Source: Octopus vulgaris (Eukaryota). From it: a stretch of 64,000 bases of DNA. Location of the stretch: the NCBI GenBank assembly GCA_951406725.2, contig OX597816.1, forward strand, positions 135,346,001 through 135,410,000, read 5' to 3'. The position numbers and the translations under genes are program-made. The notes under the pieces were generated by a model. The model made no database searches and was not told where the DNA came from. It saw only the letters and a list, made by a program, of their open reading frames with translations. Shown one piece after another: positions 38,215 to 53,304 of the stretch (its first letter is position 1; each line of letters starts with the position of its first letter).

Positions 38215-39280
38215 AGTTCAAATTCCGCCGATGTCCACTTTTTCTTTCATCCTTTCGGAGTCGATAAATTAATATCAGTTGCGTACTGGGGTCGATCTAA
38301 TCGACTGGCCCCCTCCCCCAAAATTTCGAGCCTTGTTCCTAGCGTAGAAACGAATAATCAACGTATTAATTCTTTCTAATTCTGGTACAAGGTCAGCAAT
38401 ATTTATGGGAAGGGCCAGGTTAGGTATATTGACTCTAATATTTGACAGGTACAGTATTTCATTGACCCCGAAAGGATGAAAGGCAAAGTCGATCTCAGTG
38501 GAACTTGAACCCAGAAAATAAAAACGGAAGTAATGCCGCAAAGCATTTGGTCCTACTCGCTAACAATTCTACCAGCTTGCCGCCTCTACAATTTTTTCTC
38601 CTAAATGCACAGGGCCTGAAATTTAGGGAGCAGGGATAAGCCGATTACATCGAGCCCAGTACTTGACTAGCATTCTATTTTATCAACCCCCCAAAAGGGT
38701 GAAAGATAAAGCCAAACCTCGATAGAATTTCAACCTTGAACGTAAAGAGATGGAAGAAATGCCGCGAAGCGTTTTGTCCGGCGTGCTAACGATTCTACCT
38801 GCTCGCCACCTTCTCAGTTTACGTACTAATAATGTCTGTCTTCCATTTGGTGTCGACAAAATAAGTACCAATCATGTACTGGGTCGATGAAATCAGCTGT
38901 TCCCCTCCCCCAAAATTTCAGCCCTTGTGCCTATAGTAGAAAGGATTATTTAAATACAGTAAGGTGGCGCGCTGGAAGAATCGTTGGCAATGCCAAAGAA
39001 AATGCTTAGCGGTATTTCGTCTGCCGCTACGTTCTGAGTTCAAACTCCGCCGAGGTCGACTTTGCCTTTCATCCTTTCGAGGTCGATAAATTAAGTACCA
39101 GTTACGCACTGAAGTCGATATAATCGACTTAATCCGTTTGTCTGTCCTTGTTTGTCCCTTCTGTGTTTAGCCCCTTGTGGGTAGTAAAGAAATATGTATT
39201 TCGCCGCTCTTAAAGTTTTGAGTTCAAGTTCCGCCGAGGTCAGCTTTGCTTTTTCATCCTTTTGAGGTCGATAAATACAG
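38215..39280. mobile_element. Cluster of ~6 SINE family A copies or fragments in both orientations
   Basis: +38215-38360, -38375-38585, -38605-38810, +38835-38950, +38962-39195 (long tail), +39197-39280. Confidence 0.88.
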
Positions 39281-40534
39281 TGAGTGGTTAACTTCATGAG
39301 TATAATTTCTATCACCCAATCAGATGTATGAAGCCTTGTCAGCGATCGTGTATGTATGCGAGCGTGCAAGGAGCCGCAAGTCATGGAATCGATATTTTAC
39401 TACTTGCTGAGGGAAATATATTGAAAAGTACTTCAGCTGTTATATTGATAGATGCAAGCTGTTAACAATAATCCCATGTACCTGTAGACGCGGTGTCATT
39501 TATAGTACGTAAATGAAATGTACATTTTGTCCCTTTCTATGTTAGTGTCGTCACTTCCGGTTGTTAGCTTTATTTTTGTATTTTACCTTTACTTTTTGGC
39601 ATTCTATAATATCTAACACACACACGAGTGTGAGTCATAAAATTATCCGTAATGCATTTATAACATTGTCACCAGTGACGATTTACCTGGAAAGTTTTCA
39701 CCTTGAATCGTGATTCAAAAGTCGCTAGCATAATTCAAAAATGATCTTATTTATGTAATTCTATGAGTTGTTTAGGGACTCATCATGCAAAACTTTATTA
39801 AAGCCAAGTCTGTTAAAGATAAATTCAGAGCTGACAGAACCGTAGCTAAATTTGCATGTTTATGCGCCGGCTCGTCAACAGTCACTCATCTTTACAACAG
39901 AACCCATCAGCACAGGATGTGGTGGGACGTTTAAATTCTTTTTTGATGCGTGACACTTTTCGACCATTAATTCCGTAGTGGCTAAAACTCTATTCCTATA
40001 CTTCGGTGTATTTCGGGCCCTGTTACACCTTCACTGTATACAGAGCGGATCATTGAATGCTGCTCTTCTTTGGGGCAAACAGCAAGAAGTGCAGCTTTGG
40101 TTAACATAATAAGAAAGGCAAATTAATCGACGTTTCGAATTTTAACCACCGTTTCATTTTGTTGCTATATCTCCTCAATCAAGTTAAGTTCCTAAATTTT
40201 CAGATTAAATGCTTTCTGGATCATTAGTTGAGAAATGCCGTTTCAGAAAGCTTGGCTAGATTGAAAGGTTTGATGACACACAACACATTGTAGGAAGTCT
40301 TCTTTCTCTCCTTTTACTCCGGTGAAATCAATTTTAATGTATTATTGATTCATTTAATGGTATTTTTTAACCACCTGGTATCATAATTGCTATGAGGTAA
40401 AAGTAGCTTGTAAATTGAATGCGCAAATAGGTTCAACGAATTCATCTGTGTTTAAACGACGTTGCACTTTTAATAAGCTTATAAAATGGTCGTTTTCGAC
40501 CAATTCAACATATTTAAAAATCAAATATAAATAT

Positions 40535-40757
40535 TGATTTCAAATTTTGGCACAAGGCCAGCAATTTCGGGAGAGGGTTAAGTCGATTACAACGACACCC
40601 TTCCCTCCATTGCTCAACTGGTACTTAATTTATTGATCCCGAAAGGATATAAGCAGAAGTCGACTTCAGCAGAATTTGAACTCAGAACATAAAGACAGAC
40701 GAAATGCTGCGAAGCATTTTGTCCGGCGTACTGACGATTCTGCCAGCTTGCCGCCTT
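40535..40757 (-). mobile_element. SINE family A with degenerate TSD
   Basis: Full match to family; flanks TTAAAAATCAAATATAAATATT / TTAAAAGCAAATGTAAATACT. Confidence 0.88.
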
Positions 40758-42291
40758 AAAAGCAAATGTAAATACTAGGAACTTTCTGCGAGTGCGAAGT
40801 TTGTTGGCTTCAAATGCGAAAAACAACTTGTGAAGGAAGCAATGAACAAGGAAAATAACTATGAATGGAATTAATTACTGTACAGTGATGGTGCTTACCA
40901 ATTGTGTGTGTGTGTGTGTACGTGCACGCGCGAATAAGTCTCCTAAGTAATAACAAATATCATAAATAGTATGTAATAATAATATTAATAATTTTTGAAA
41001 CACAAGAAACAACATTCTGTACCTACACAACAATAGTTATATATTGGTATCGACAGAAAGAACTGCTGGTTGAAACACTGCCTACTTTTGAGCTTATAAG
41101 AATAGCTTAGCGATGAATGCAAGGAACCGTCTGTCGTAGCGTAAATAATTTACTCCTGGGTCAATGAGAAAGAGTTTATTGACGTATAGACGTATATAAT
41201 ATGGTTAATCTAGCTCGGTTAACGTTAAACACCAAACAGATAAAAGTTTTTCATAAAGATTCGCTGCTTCAACAGGGAAAAAGATATACAAATTATCTTG
41301 AAATCAGATTCACTGGTTCAGAAGGCGATATAAAATTTCTAAGGTTTTACTCAAACTGCTTATTGTGCTATTGTTTACCGCCTAAACAGAATAGCTGCAT
41401 TAACTTCTAGTCACAAAACTATAAAACCTTACAGTTGTCCTAACTGAGAGTTAAATCTTTCATTGGTCATTTTATTGCTTTAAATCAATATGGCGTTTTT
41501 CTAAATATTTGCATTGTAAAACTTTCGCCTGACTGTGTCTTATTATTTGGGAGGTGGTAAATGGACATTTCCAATTATCTAAAGCAACGAATATGCCACA
41601 TAATACACATTTCCAGTTTGTAAAGTGTTGGGTTTGAGGCAAAGGTTATAACAACAAAAATTACTCAGCGTATTGGCTAAAACAGGAAAAAATATATAGA
41701 TTACAGAGAAATCTTACAGAATTTCCTTTCTCGCTCTTAAAAGTGAACCGACATTTAAATTTCAAACAACAAAAAATAGTAAAAAGAGAAGAAAAGGCAG
41801 AACAAAGGAGAAAAGGAAGTACGATGAAATAATTTTCAAACATGATATAAACAGATTAATTACAGTAAAATGGAAAGAAAACTAGAAATACTACAAGATG
41901 AAAGAATACTAGAGTGGAACCTCTGGTCAGAAGAAGTTTGAGAAGTTCAGCTACCCACTTTGTTCTCTTTGTTCTGACTTAATTATAATTTCAGTTAACT
42001 AGTTGACCTAGTGGTGTCACAGATAGGTCAATTCATTTAAATATAAATGTTAATCATTAGTATATCTCGTAAAAAAAGAGTATTGTAACTTAATGCAAAG
42101 GGTAATATTCACTCTTTCCAAATGTGTATTGAAGGACAGCGATAGATTTTATTAAATTTTGTCTGAGCCTTGGTGCTGCACGCACAAAACAACTCGACAG
42201 CAACCAAAGAGCATAAGATTGGTTGGTAAAGTTTCTTTCAGTAACACAGTTGAATTATCATCTCATAAACAGATTGTCTCTCCCGGCCTCT

Positions 42292-42331
<40 letters not shown>

Positions 42332-42559
42332 TCTGTTACTTTAGTGGTCTCCGCTCCTCTCGTACCGCCTCTAATCAAGTCAGCCTGTCTTTCCTCTACT
42401 CATCACGTTTATTGTATTTCACACACCCGGCCTATTTGCTTTGTAATTCCTCTCGAAAACTGCAACCACCTGCAATCCTCTATTCACGGTTTAACTATCA
42501 ATTTACAGTTTTATTATATTAGATTTTTTTAAAATTTACTTTTGTATTTTAGGAGAACT

Positions 42560-44050
42560 TTATGGAATAAAACTAAAATTGTATTGGATTCAAATAAATG
42601 CTTATCTGCCATTTTTTAGCTTAACCAGGGTTTTACGTTTTTTCATAATGTGAAAGGGTTTCTCCACTGTGCAAACTGTTTGGCATAATGGTAAAGCAAT
42701 AAGAATAGCGTGTTTAAAAGGAAAATATCGGGACCATTGCGTTTGAGCGAGTCCTGAAGTCTGTTTCCACAACCATTCTCTTCTTTGTTCCTTTCTAACC
42801 AGATTTAAAACTAAAGCAAGAGACTACTTCAACTTTCAAGTTTTCAATTTCAGTTCAGTTTAATGACCTTAACAAACTGCTTCAGTAATTCTTCTTTTGT
42901 AAGCTTCGCTATTTCTTGTGAATCAAGTGTAAGCTTCGCTATTTCTTGTGAATCAAGAGACTGGAAGTTTGCTTATTTTCTGCAGCAAATTAGTTTTCCA
43001 ATAATGATATGAAGTGTAAGTAAAATATGGCACATGGACTGGCCTACCAAAATATTTTACTGCAGTTGAGCCACTAACTTTGGAACGGAATACTCTGTCA
43101 ACCATAATGCCAGGAAAGGGTTGGCTCGACATTAAATTTTTCCGCCAGTTGTTGAATTTTTTATTAAAAAAAAAAACTTCCTTGAATTGTTCTGCTTTGG
43201 TTTGGGATTATATAACACATTTAAGAGTCCTTGGATATGATTGTTTACATTCGTTACATCAGATTGAGACGTTTCAAGAGTTTGTGTCAGAGACTTGTTT
43301 TATTTGGAAAACAACATACGTAACTAGTTAAAAGTTCTTTCAAAGTTAATAGAAAAAACCTACAATTTGCAGTCTAATGTGTTCTACCAAGTATTACCAT
43401 ACTTGGAATAAGAGATGTCTTTGGTCTCTCATGAAAAACAAATTATTGATAGCTTTGACAGAGTCTCTAAAATGACTTGTGTCAGGGTCAACATTAAAGT
43501 TACTCACAACAAAATTTAGTTTATGTGCAGGCCAATAAACGAATGCAACTTTTTGATATTTACATCCAATTCATTTTGTATCGTCAGGTCAAACAATTCC
43601 TCTTGAGTAATATTATTAATCCAACTACGTCAAAAGAGGGTATGTCATGTGAAAATTCCTGCTTCCCAGAGAGATCAGCTCTTTCATTAGCAATTAATTG
43701 AAAATCCAGGTGGAACTTTGACCACAGAAACAATATCCTCTAATTTCTTCGTACAAATTTGATCAACCCGTTTTCCCCTTCGGGTAGATATGTAACGGTC
43801 AACCAAAAGATTTTTCTAAATGGTTTTCCAACGTCTTATCTCGACTTCAATGAGGCTTTGTATATTCCCAGTCGTGATATTTTCCCTACGTAAAGGGATG
43901 CCATGAATACCCCATAATTAAATGGTTGAAAGTACTGGATATGCTCTCTTTCGATTTTCCTCTATCAGCTGTTTCACAGTATCATCAAACTAATGTATAA
44001 TGCTCTTTTTCGGTTTTCTTCTGATAGCCATAATGTTTGTCACATCTACT
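42560..44050 (-). mobile_element. Ancient hAT (Tip100/ZMYM1-like) transposase fossil
   Basis: Minus-strand motifs in the expected order: FQLIANERADLSGKQEFS (cf. FSIIADETADISGKEQLS), AFVYWPAHKLNFVV (cf. HCxAHxLNLVV), LIALPLCQTVCTVEKPFHIMKKRKT (cf. dimerisation domain TTCTVERSFSTLRRVKT); many stops and frameshifts. Confidence 0.65.
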
Positions 44051-45725
44051 TCAGCATTTCTGTGCAATATGACTGGTAATATGACTCTTTGCAAAATTAT
44101 GCTACTTAATATGCTTTATAAAAAGATATGATGTTAAAATCATTTTGTGACTCATAATATAACAAGCTGGAGAAGTTGCACAATACTTGAAAACTGTTCT
44201 TGTCATGTGTTAAGAATAAGTATGCCACAGTGAATATTTACTTAACCACGCGTAATGGACATTTTATGGTCCGGTACCATTGACACCAATGAAACTAGAA
44301 TATGCACGTTGAATACAGTCAGCTGTTAAATCTAGCGTGGAGCCAGAGCCGGGTCAAGATTTTGTAGGTCTCTGAGCTACAAATACCGTGAGGCTCTCAA
44401 TAATATTTTAAATAACTCTTCTGGAGGTCCTCCAAATGATGGAGATCCCTGGGAGCCAGCCCTTGATGTATGCACCCTAGCCCAGCACAATGTGGGGTTG
44501 ATTCTTTGTTATTTTTTTAATTCTATTTTCAACTTTATTCTAGTCTCGATATCTGAAGTTTCACTTTCATTCAATTTCCTCTTTTTCATAAACTTTCTGT
44601 TGTCCATATTTGAAAGCAAAAGTTAAAAACAAATTTAGATTGTCCTGCAAACCAGCAGTCACGCTAAAGTCATGCTACTGTGACATTAGCGAAACGATAA
44701 CGAATCTTAATATTAATTAGTAGTCCTGTAGCAATATTTTTGAACCAATACTTTAATATTTCTTAAGTTGACAATATGTTACAGTGGGGTCCTGTAATTA
44801 GTCGGTTGTACATCAACTGATATTTTTTAAGAGTCTCAAGTCATAACAGTTCATGTAATGTTACACATTCTAAGCTGTTACTGTCCTCAGTAGCCTTATA
44901 ACCATAGCCACATTCAAATCAAATCACATTTTAAAAGCTCGGATGTATAAATGTTTGAGAATCACTTCCCTGTTACCCAATAACGCAGAAAAGTAACAAA
45001 TCTTCTTTGTTTAACTTATGGTAGTCCGGATATTTGTGAATATTGTGCTACTTAATGTATAGGTTTGTGTACAGATGCACTTACACTTGTGTAACAGATG
45101 CGTTATGTTACTTAACAACTGCTAAACTTAAGCGAGTTGCGTTTGGGTCGCGTTTGTTAGTACCTACATAATCACAGATAAATAGTTTAGATACACGTAT
45201 ATATATAACGCCTTTAAAAGCTGTTTTATATCAACAATATGTTTTTTAAAGAGGGGTGTATAGCAAATACTATTAATCTCCCATGTCGTAGCTAGAGTGT
45301 GTGCCCCTACCACCACCACCACCACCACCACCACTACCACCGGGCAACCCTTGAGTTTTCCGCCTCCCCACCCCCAGTCCCTGGACCATTACAGCCTATG
45401 CAGATTTATAGAGCAGACGCCAAAATGCAGCCCCCTTAAAAGCGTCGACCGGGACAGACCGCTCCCCACGTCATTAACTAAGTTACTGTTAACCTCATTA
45501 TTTAACTAAATATTTTATCAATCCCATAGCGTAAAAGTAAAAATCGACCCGGACGTAACTCAATAATACAGCAAAGCATTTAGTCTGTGCTTATTGGTTC
45601 TGCCACGCAAACCTGCTACCAGTAATATGCGCTGATAAAGTTTTATGAAAGTAATACAGTATACGAGTCACATTCACACACACACACAGAGGCAAGCAGG
45701 CGGGTTGGCAGAAAGACAGATAGAT

Positions 45726-46152
<427 letters not shown>

Positions 46153-46723
46153 CACATATTCACACTTTAACACTTATACATGTACTTTTAAACACATTTA
46201 CAAATTACATTTAGTTTATTAAATAAATGACACAAATAACTATTTGACACGAAAGTCGGCAATGCGCTTTATTATTCACATATATAAAAGGAAAACCCTG
46301 TTTTCTTTGTCTTGGCACACCTACGACCACACGTCATTTGTTAAGCTTGAGTTGATTGTTTTTGTTTTTAAAAGACGTTGACTTAATTGTTTTTAGTTTC
46401 TTGTTTTCTTTTTCCGAGACACAATTACAGATTTTCAACGAAGTGTTGGGTTACAATCATTAAAGTTTTTCTCTAAATTATTGATATTTACTCTATCAAC
46501 CACAGTTGATTGGCTGAAAAAACAAAATCGAGCCAGGCTAGATTTGAATTTAATAAAATAGATACATTTTGGTTTTAGCTTCCTCCAGCATCCTGATAAT
46601 AGTAATAATTATGATTTCACTTGACAATTTTTATGATTTCGCATGACAATTTCTTTTAAATTTCTTTTAAATAAATAAATAAAAAGCATTTAAACGATTT
46701 AACTCATTCATAAGATACTGGTA

Positions 46724-47244
46724 TCGTAAATCCTCGAGTATAGTCCGTCCTTGAGTATAATACGCAGGGGATTTTTAGGGGGCTGTACCTCTGAAAAACC
46801 TAAACCTTGTGTATAATACGCACCCCTTCTCTAACTTGAGTCAAGGAGGTCTATATAACGTCCTTGGTTTGTAAAAATGTATACGGTATCGTCCTTTATT
46901 ATTATTGAATATATAACATAATGCAAACGTGTAGCTTTTTTGAGTATTTTGTTTGCAGAAAATAAAGAAATAACAGTAATAACAGTAATAACGTTTAATA
47001 AATGTTGCTTATTGCAAGTTATGGATGATTCTTTTATGACTTCATTGCTTTCAGGCTTAGCTTAAGGTATTTTCGTGCCCGACATCACAAAATGCGTCTG
47101 AATAAACATTGCCGGACAGCAAATAGAGACTCGGACATTGCTTAGAAAATAATTTTCATTTTTAACCTCGTGTATAATACGCACTTGGGAATTTTGACCT
47201 TTAAATTTTGGGGGAAAATGCGGATTATACTCGAGGATTTATGG
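46724..47244. mobile_element. Tc1/mariner-superfamily (Tc2/pogo-like, CCGTA termini) MITE, copy 1
   Basis: TA|TCGTAAATCCTCGAGTATA ... TATACTCGAGGATTTATGG|TA; repeated GTATAATACGCA motifs; highly similar inverted copy at 63508-63992. Confidence 0.9.
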
Positions 47245-47525
47245 TACGCGTTTTATCAATCTTGCATCTTTAATTTAAATCTTGTAATGATTTTGTGCAC
47301 GTTTGCTCGCCGGTATCGCCTAAATTGTAATAACAGTGTATAGCAAATAGATGAGAGAAAGAAAAATATTAGTTAAAATGGCTCTGTATTTTCATCGTCA
47401 CAGTGTAAGTTACAACTTCTTCGAGTTGTTGGTATACGCAGATTAATTATTTATTTATTTGTCTCTGGCCTGTAAGTGTTATTTCCTATTTGCTTCAGTC
47501 TAGAAATCAAAGGAAATGACTACTA

Positions 47526-47834
47526 TTCCCTTCAAACTTCGCTTCTGTGACCTGGACATCAATGATTTGAAACTGACCTATTCTCCGTTACATTTCAGAC
47601 AGATTCAGCACTGAGTTGCTGAAGTAGAAATATCGCTATAGCAAATATTCTACTCAATACCACAGATTTGCTTCTCGGTTGCTTGACCATAACCATTTGA
47701 GCATGTCTCTTAGTGGTTGACAATATATGTTCTCTGGTCATGAGCAGGAGTAGCGGGGGAGCATTATAGCCATGTGTTGTGAGGGATTCTTTAGGGATTT
47801 GATTAAATGTTACAAAAGCAAAGTTTGAAGAAAA
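47526..47834. mobile_element. MITE with ~22-bp imperfect TIRs and probable TA flanks
   Basis: CTTCAAACTTCGCTTCTGTGAC (47530) vs GTTACAAAAGCAAAGTTTGAAG (ends 47830), 19/22 complementary. Confidence 0.55.
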
Positions 47835-48588
47835 TATTTCTTGAGGTAAGTAAATAGGAAATAATAGTTGCTACCCAAGGACAAAAATTATGTTATACAG
47901 TGTTATTTACCATTCTGTTATACATTCTGTGGGTAGTTCAGTTCATTTTTTGTGACTGCTAGAAGAATAGATGACGGAAGGAGAGAGAAAAAGGGTAAGA
48001 CGATTTACCTCTGTGTGTTGACAAGTAGAGAGGTTGAAAGTTGTATAGTCGCGCGACGACAACCCATAAGCAAATGGAGAAAAGGAGATGCTCTTCGGCT
48101 ATACAATAAGCGACCAAAAAAGGTAAAACCGATTTCAGGTTGTCTTTTATCTGTCCCTAATCAACTCGAAAGGTAACAGGTTAACAATTGACACTCATAA
48201 ATCTCTTAGTACAAAATCCGAGAGAACAATAAAAAGGAACTGGTAGAAAAACCTGGGCTAGGTTTCGAATCTTCGTTAATAATTTAGGAAGGTATTCGTT
48301 ATCATTTTTTTTTTCTATCGAGAGATAGAGAACTAGCTCGGGTAGGCCCGAAGGAACGAGACAATTATTCAAAAGAAGGACCAGAACTAATTAAATCGAT
48401 CATAAATATTTTACTGGTACGTTTAATGGACTCCAGCGAGACGGAAGGCAAATTCGACCCCAACTTTATCAGTTACCTCGATACTAAATTTCACGAGACG
48501 AGTTTCTTTACATGCTTTTTATCTTTCATCTTATCTAATTCATTGGAGTATATTTCACAACGGAGACTCTTGTAACCTGTTGTTGTTG

Positions 48589-48620
<32 letters not shown>

Positions 48621-50339
48621 GGTGGTGGTGTGTATGAGGTGGGGGGCTGTAGTTTAACCCTAGGTAAGCCCTGGTTATTGACAGACAAATGGGATGGAAT
48701 TTAGCTTTAAGGCGTTTTAACAGCGATCATTCCGTCATTTATTCTAGCTAGTTATATTAAACTCCCTCCAGTCTGGGAGAGCTTTAAACACAACCCCTCT
48801 TCTTCCGACTAAACTTTCTTACATTGTCTAAAGGTCATATATCTATAGATAAGTTGATTGAATCGACTGTGAACTGCTACTTGTATTATCAACTTGGGAG
48901 CAAAGATTTGAAAAGTCAAGATGCGTAGATATGAAACTAAAGAAACGTAAATGTTGTAAAAAATATTTAGCCATTCTATCACTATCAGTTCTGCCATGAA
49001 CTGTTATTTGCTCTTGTGAACTCTGAAAGAAATCCTCTCTAATGATCAATAATATTACGTCGTTTAGATACCACTGCAGATCTGCTCTTCGTGTAGCTGT
49101 TCAAGGAACAATACATTGGACATGAACCCAGCACTGAAAGCTAAACAAATAAATTTTATAGTACCGCTTATATCACTGAACTCCTCTCCCAGTCTTAACT
49201 TCGTTGAACTCTATTGAGTTGGATGCTGGGTGTTGTGATTCGGCCGCAAGTACAAGGCAATGGTTGCCATAATAGAATCTCTGTATACCTGAACTAGCAG
49301 CTAAATATCCCTTATTTTACGTGCCCCCTATCTCTTTAAAACAAAAGGTAAGAACCCATTAGATAACGTAATGTAGCACACACTCTCCCATAAAAGAAGA
49401 TCGTATTTGCTGTTGTTGTTGTTAAGCAACAAGACAGGTAAGGGCGATTAGGTGATGGTCTAGGACTTAGGGGCGAGAGACTCCAGACCTTGGAAAAAAA
49501 AACTTTGGTCGTCTTGTTGTAGTTGAGGGCTCTTCGTTGACGCCCGACACCACTGGGAGGTTGCTCTCGAAGTCGCTGGAAATGGAGATCTCCAGGTCCA
49601 AATTCGTGGACGGATCGTATTTGCTTGAATACATTTGATCATAGGTCTAATCAGTTAGAACTTACTAGGGACTAAACGATAACTCAATGGCAGGAACAGT
49701 TTATGAAACGTTCAACGATACTCTGCTGCTCGATTGCCCAAACTCTTATTTTTCTGAATTGGAAGATTCATTTATCAACAAAAATATAACTATATCAAAT
49801 AGTAAAGACAGAGTAGCTGGTTATTCATGCCAGGCGATCTAATATTTGCTTCACATAAAAAAAAATTGTAGTTTCAGTAAGGATTTATAGTGATGTAATA
49901 GCAAAATAGACCGAATATTCACAATAAGGAAGGAAAGAGGGAAGTTAAATCACAAAGTAAAGATTAATTCACAAAGGTTTATTTAGAAGGTTGTACTCAA
50001 AAGTAAAGACTTTCGTGTGAGGATGAATAAGGAGCTTTGTTTAAAATGATGTGGGGCATAGCATTGATGAGCCAGCATAGGATTACCCATTGTGCGATTG
50101 TAATTTCTTTGCACGAGTAAATTAAACAGGAACAGACGAATAAGCCAACAGCTGAATACTTATATATCATATTACGTGCGTGCGCGCGCACGCGGGTGTG
50201 AGTGTAAAGGTATATATAATTAAGAAACGTATATATGATAATGATATATGCATGTAGTAGTAGCTGTTGTAGCTACAGCAACAGCAGCAGCAGCAACAGC
50301 GGCAGCAACTTCAGCAGCAGCAGCAGCAGCAGCAGTAGC

Positions 50340-50382
<43 letters not shown>

Positions 50383-51299
50383 AGGTGTCTGCAAATCAAC
50401 AAAGAATAAAAGTACTCAAGGCAGTATTTATTATTTCATATTACAAAGTTACAAACTTGCAAAGTTTCATCGTAAGTTTTTAGTGGCACTGATACTATAT
50501 ACATACGCATATATACGTGTGTGTGTGTGCATAGGAGGAGAGACAGAGAGACAGACAGACAGAGGCTTATAACTTTCAGTGTTGAAACCGATTCCAATAA
50601 GAGACATCTTTCATTAAAAACATTTTAACCCTTTCTTCAAGTTTTCAATGCACTTTTCATTTCCTTCAAGTTTTTTCAACAAAGCCTTTTCAAATTGAGA
50701 TACAACTATACAAATGTTTCGTTCTACATTTGCAATCATGTTTTTCATTTTTTTTTTTTTTTTTTTTTTTATCTAATGCGTTGGCATTGTCCTTATTCAC
50801 GGTCTGAATTGCTTTGTTGAAGAGTCAAAGGCAAAGCTGAGCTATCCATGTACAGACCATTTATACATTTTTTCAAAACCATTATCAATTCTGTGCAGTG
50901 TCTTGGAGATAAAAGTAGGATGTAAATAAGTTTTCGGCTACTAGTAATTCTGTTTTACCATTTAGTTCTCCCATATCGCAATAGCATTTTATATTCCACT
51001 CTGGCAAAGTCGCAACATTCTTTTAGCTATGTTACATGAACTTTGTGCATGTGAAAAAACTAAAACTTTCGTAACAAGTGCTTTGCTATGAAGCATAAAA
51101 AGCTATTCAGACACGTTTTTGTACAACATGTATACCCCAACCCATGCTAACAGTGTCTTATCCAATTTTGTCCTATAATCGGATATAAAAATGTTGTTCT
51201 TCCTTTTCTGTGTTCATTGACAAAAGTGTTGTTACAATAGTCTCCAGAAAATCCAGCAACCTTTTACATAAACCCGTATTTGTTAATAACCGAGGTTAA

Positions 51300-51442
51300 G
51301 ATCTCAGTCGCCTTATTTGGGTCCACTCCCTCTGCGCGGCACTTTGGGCAAGTGTCTTTACTTGGATCAGCCAATGCGTTATAAGTGAATATTTGGTAGA
51401 CGGAAATCGTACAGAAGCTTGTCACACGCACACACACACGCG

Positions 51443-51475
<33 letters not shown>

Positions 51476-51519
51476 TCAGAAACTCACACATACACATAAA
51501 CACACATATGCATGTGTAC

Positions 51520-51570
<51 letters not shown>

Positions 51571-51742
51571 CATGTTTGAGTCGGTACTTACATTTGTTTA
51601 TGTCCATCAACTTAGCGGTTCGACAAGAATATTTCGATAAAACAACTACCGAAATTTATAGCACACGTACTGGAATAGATATGACTAAGTCCCTGACAGC
51701 AGTGTCACAGCATGGCTGCATTGCAGTGACTGAAGCCAAAAT
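51300..51742 (+). mobile_element. Old, diverged SINE family B copy
   Basis: GGCACTTTGGGCAAGTGTCTT..TTGGTAGACGGAAA..AACTTAGCGGTTCG..CAGCATGGCTGCA..GACTGAAG. Confidence 0.7.
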
Positions 51743-52204
51743 GTCCAAAATAACTTCACTTGTACTTCCTGATCAGGAATTAGTACCGAATAATGTAAAA
51801 GGTATCATCTCTGTAGTGTGTGCGCGATTTGAATATAGAGGCACCTACCTTCTCTTCTTAGTGACGGAGACCCTCCAATGGTTCAACATCTTTATGGTTC
51901 GAAGTAACAACAGAAATTGTCACAAAGTTTGTCACTTGCTAGATATTTATCTAGCTCAGACTTAGCCATCGGCACTATTACATTCAAAATAATGGAGAAA
52001 GAATTAAAGAATTTAAGATTGCCACTTCCTTTTCTCTTTCATTTCATAAAAGAAAGAAAATATATATAATTTCTTTTTCTGTTTAGCCTTTAAATGTTTA
52101 TAACGGTTCCATGAAATCCATTTTCAGTCTTAGTCGCAATTTAGTTTCGTTCGCTTAGTTCTTCCATTTAGTGCTCATTCTCTTATTAATTGTTCTGGGT
52201 ATCA

Positions 52205-52425
52205 AGGCGGCGAGCCTAGCGGAATCGTTAGCACGCCGGACAAAATGCTTAGCGGAATTTTTTCCGATTCATTACGTTCTTAGCGCAAATCCCGCCGATG
52301 TCAACTTTGCTTTTCATCCCTTCGGGGTTGATAAAACAAAGTACCAGTCAACCACGGGAGTTGATGTAATCGACTTGCCCCTCCTCTCAAAACTGCTAGC
52401 CTTATACCAGAATTATAAAGAATTG
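52205..52425 (+). mobile_element. SINE family A
   Basis: AAGGCGGCGAGCCTAGCGGAATCGTTAGCACGCCGGACAAAATGC.. Confidence 0.85.
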
Positions 52426-52661
52426 CTCTAGACTTCATTTAATCAGTTCTGGTTGGCTGGAAGGTTGTAGCCTAGGCAGTATTTGAAAAAAAAACTGTAC
52501 TTTCCAAAATTGTTATGGCACGTTTAACCATATTAATCATATGTCACATCTTGTCTAACCGTAACCCTATATGTTTTGAAGGACACAACAGTAGGGAAGT
52601 AATGGAGTTATAACTATTAAAGAATTTTAATTGAGCATAAAGTTAACAAGCGAAGATGTAA

Positions 52662-52810
52662 GCGATGTGCGTCGGCAATTTCTAACTTTTTATGCGATGT
52701 GCACCAGCAATTTCTAACTTCCCTTGCGAAGAGCGCCAGTGTTTTTAACTTTCCATGTGAAATGTACCAGAACTTTTTTATATTCCCTGTGAAGTGTACC
52801 AGTTATGTTT
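52662..52810. repeat. 32-bp minisatellite (~4.5 degenerate units), probably inside an old hAT MITE (~52496-52857)
   Basis: Units start at 52662, 52694, 52726, 52757, 52789 (GCGATGTGCACCAGCAATTTCTAACTT..); followed by ATTGAGAACTCCTG, a hAT-like end. Confidence 0.7.
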
Positions 52811-52901
52811 TGTTTGATCTCCGTGCACCACGAGCTCAAAAATATTGAGAACTCCTGCCCCAGTGATTCTGCCACTCCATGGCCATTATGTGTGTTGATA
52901 A

Positions 52902-53304
52902 TGAAGGTGGCGAGCTGGCAGAATCGTTAGCCCGCCGGACAAAATGCTTAGCGGAATTTCGGCTGCCGCTACGTTCTGAGTTCAAATTCCGCCGAGGTCG
53001 ACTTTGCCTTTCATCCTTTCGGGGTCGATTAAATAAGTACCAGTTACGCACTGGAGTAGATGTAATCGACTTAATCCGTTTGTCTGTCCTTGTTTGTCCT
53101 CTCTGTGTTTAGCCCCTTGTGGGTAGTAAAGAAATATATATTTCATATGCTGCTACGTTCTGAGTTCAAATTCCACCGAGGTCGACTTTGCTTTCCATCC
53201 TTTCGAGGTAGATAAATAAGTACCAGTTGAGTACTGGGGGTCGATGTGATCGATTATCACCCTCCCCACAAAATCCAGGCCTTGTGCCTATAGTAGAAAA
53301 GATT
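52902..53304 (+). mobile_element. SINE family A dimer (long-tail unit plus headless short-tail unit) inside one TSD
   Basis: Flanks ATTATGTGTGTTGATAA (52885-52901) and ATTATATGTGTTGATAA (53305-53321). Confidence 0.88.

Noticed and set aside
45297-45480. Poly-His/Pro-rich coding-like stretch
   Set aside because: (CAC)n microsatellite plus a GC-rich segment resembling a hAT subterminal region; stops quickly.
50262-50382. Poly-Gln/Ser/Ala-looking (CAG)n(TAG)n tract
   Set aside because: The Gln frame runs into TAG repeats; no flanking ORF or splice context; simple trinucleotide repeat.
52662-52810. Regularly spaced ~32-bp repeats as a CRISPR-like array
   Set aside because: Whole units are degenerate tandem copies with no unique spacers, there are no cas genes, and the context is eukaryotic.
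52836-53112. Recurrent ORFs such as MRNWYLFNRPRKDERQSRPRR and LAESLARRTKCL
   Set aside because: Translations of SINE family A; similarity among them reflects the repeat, not a gene family.
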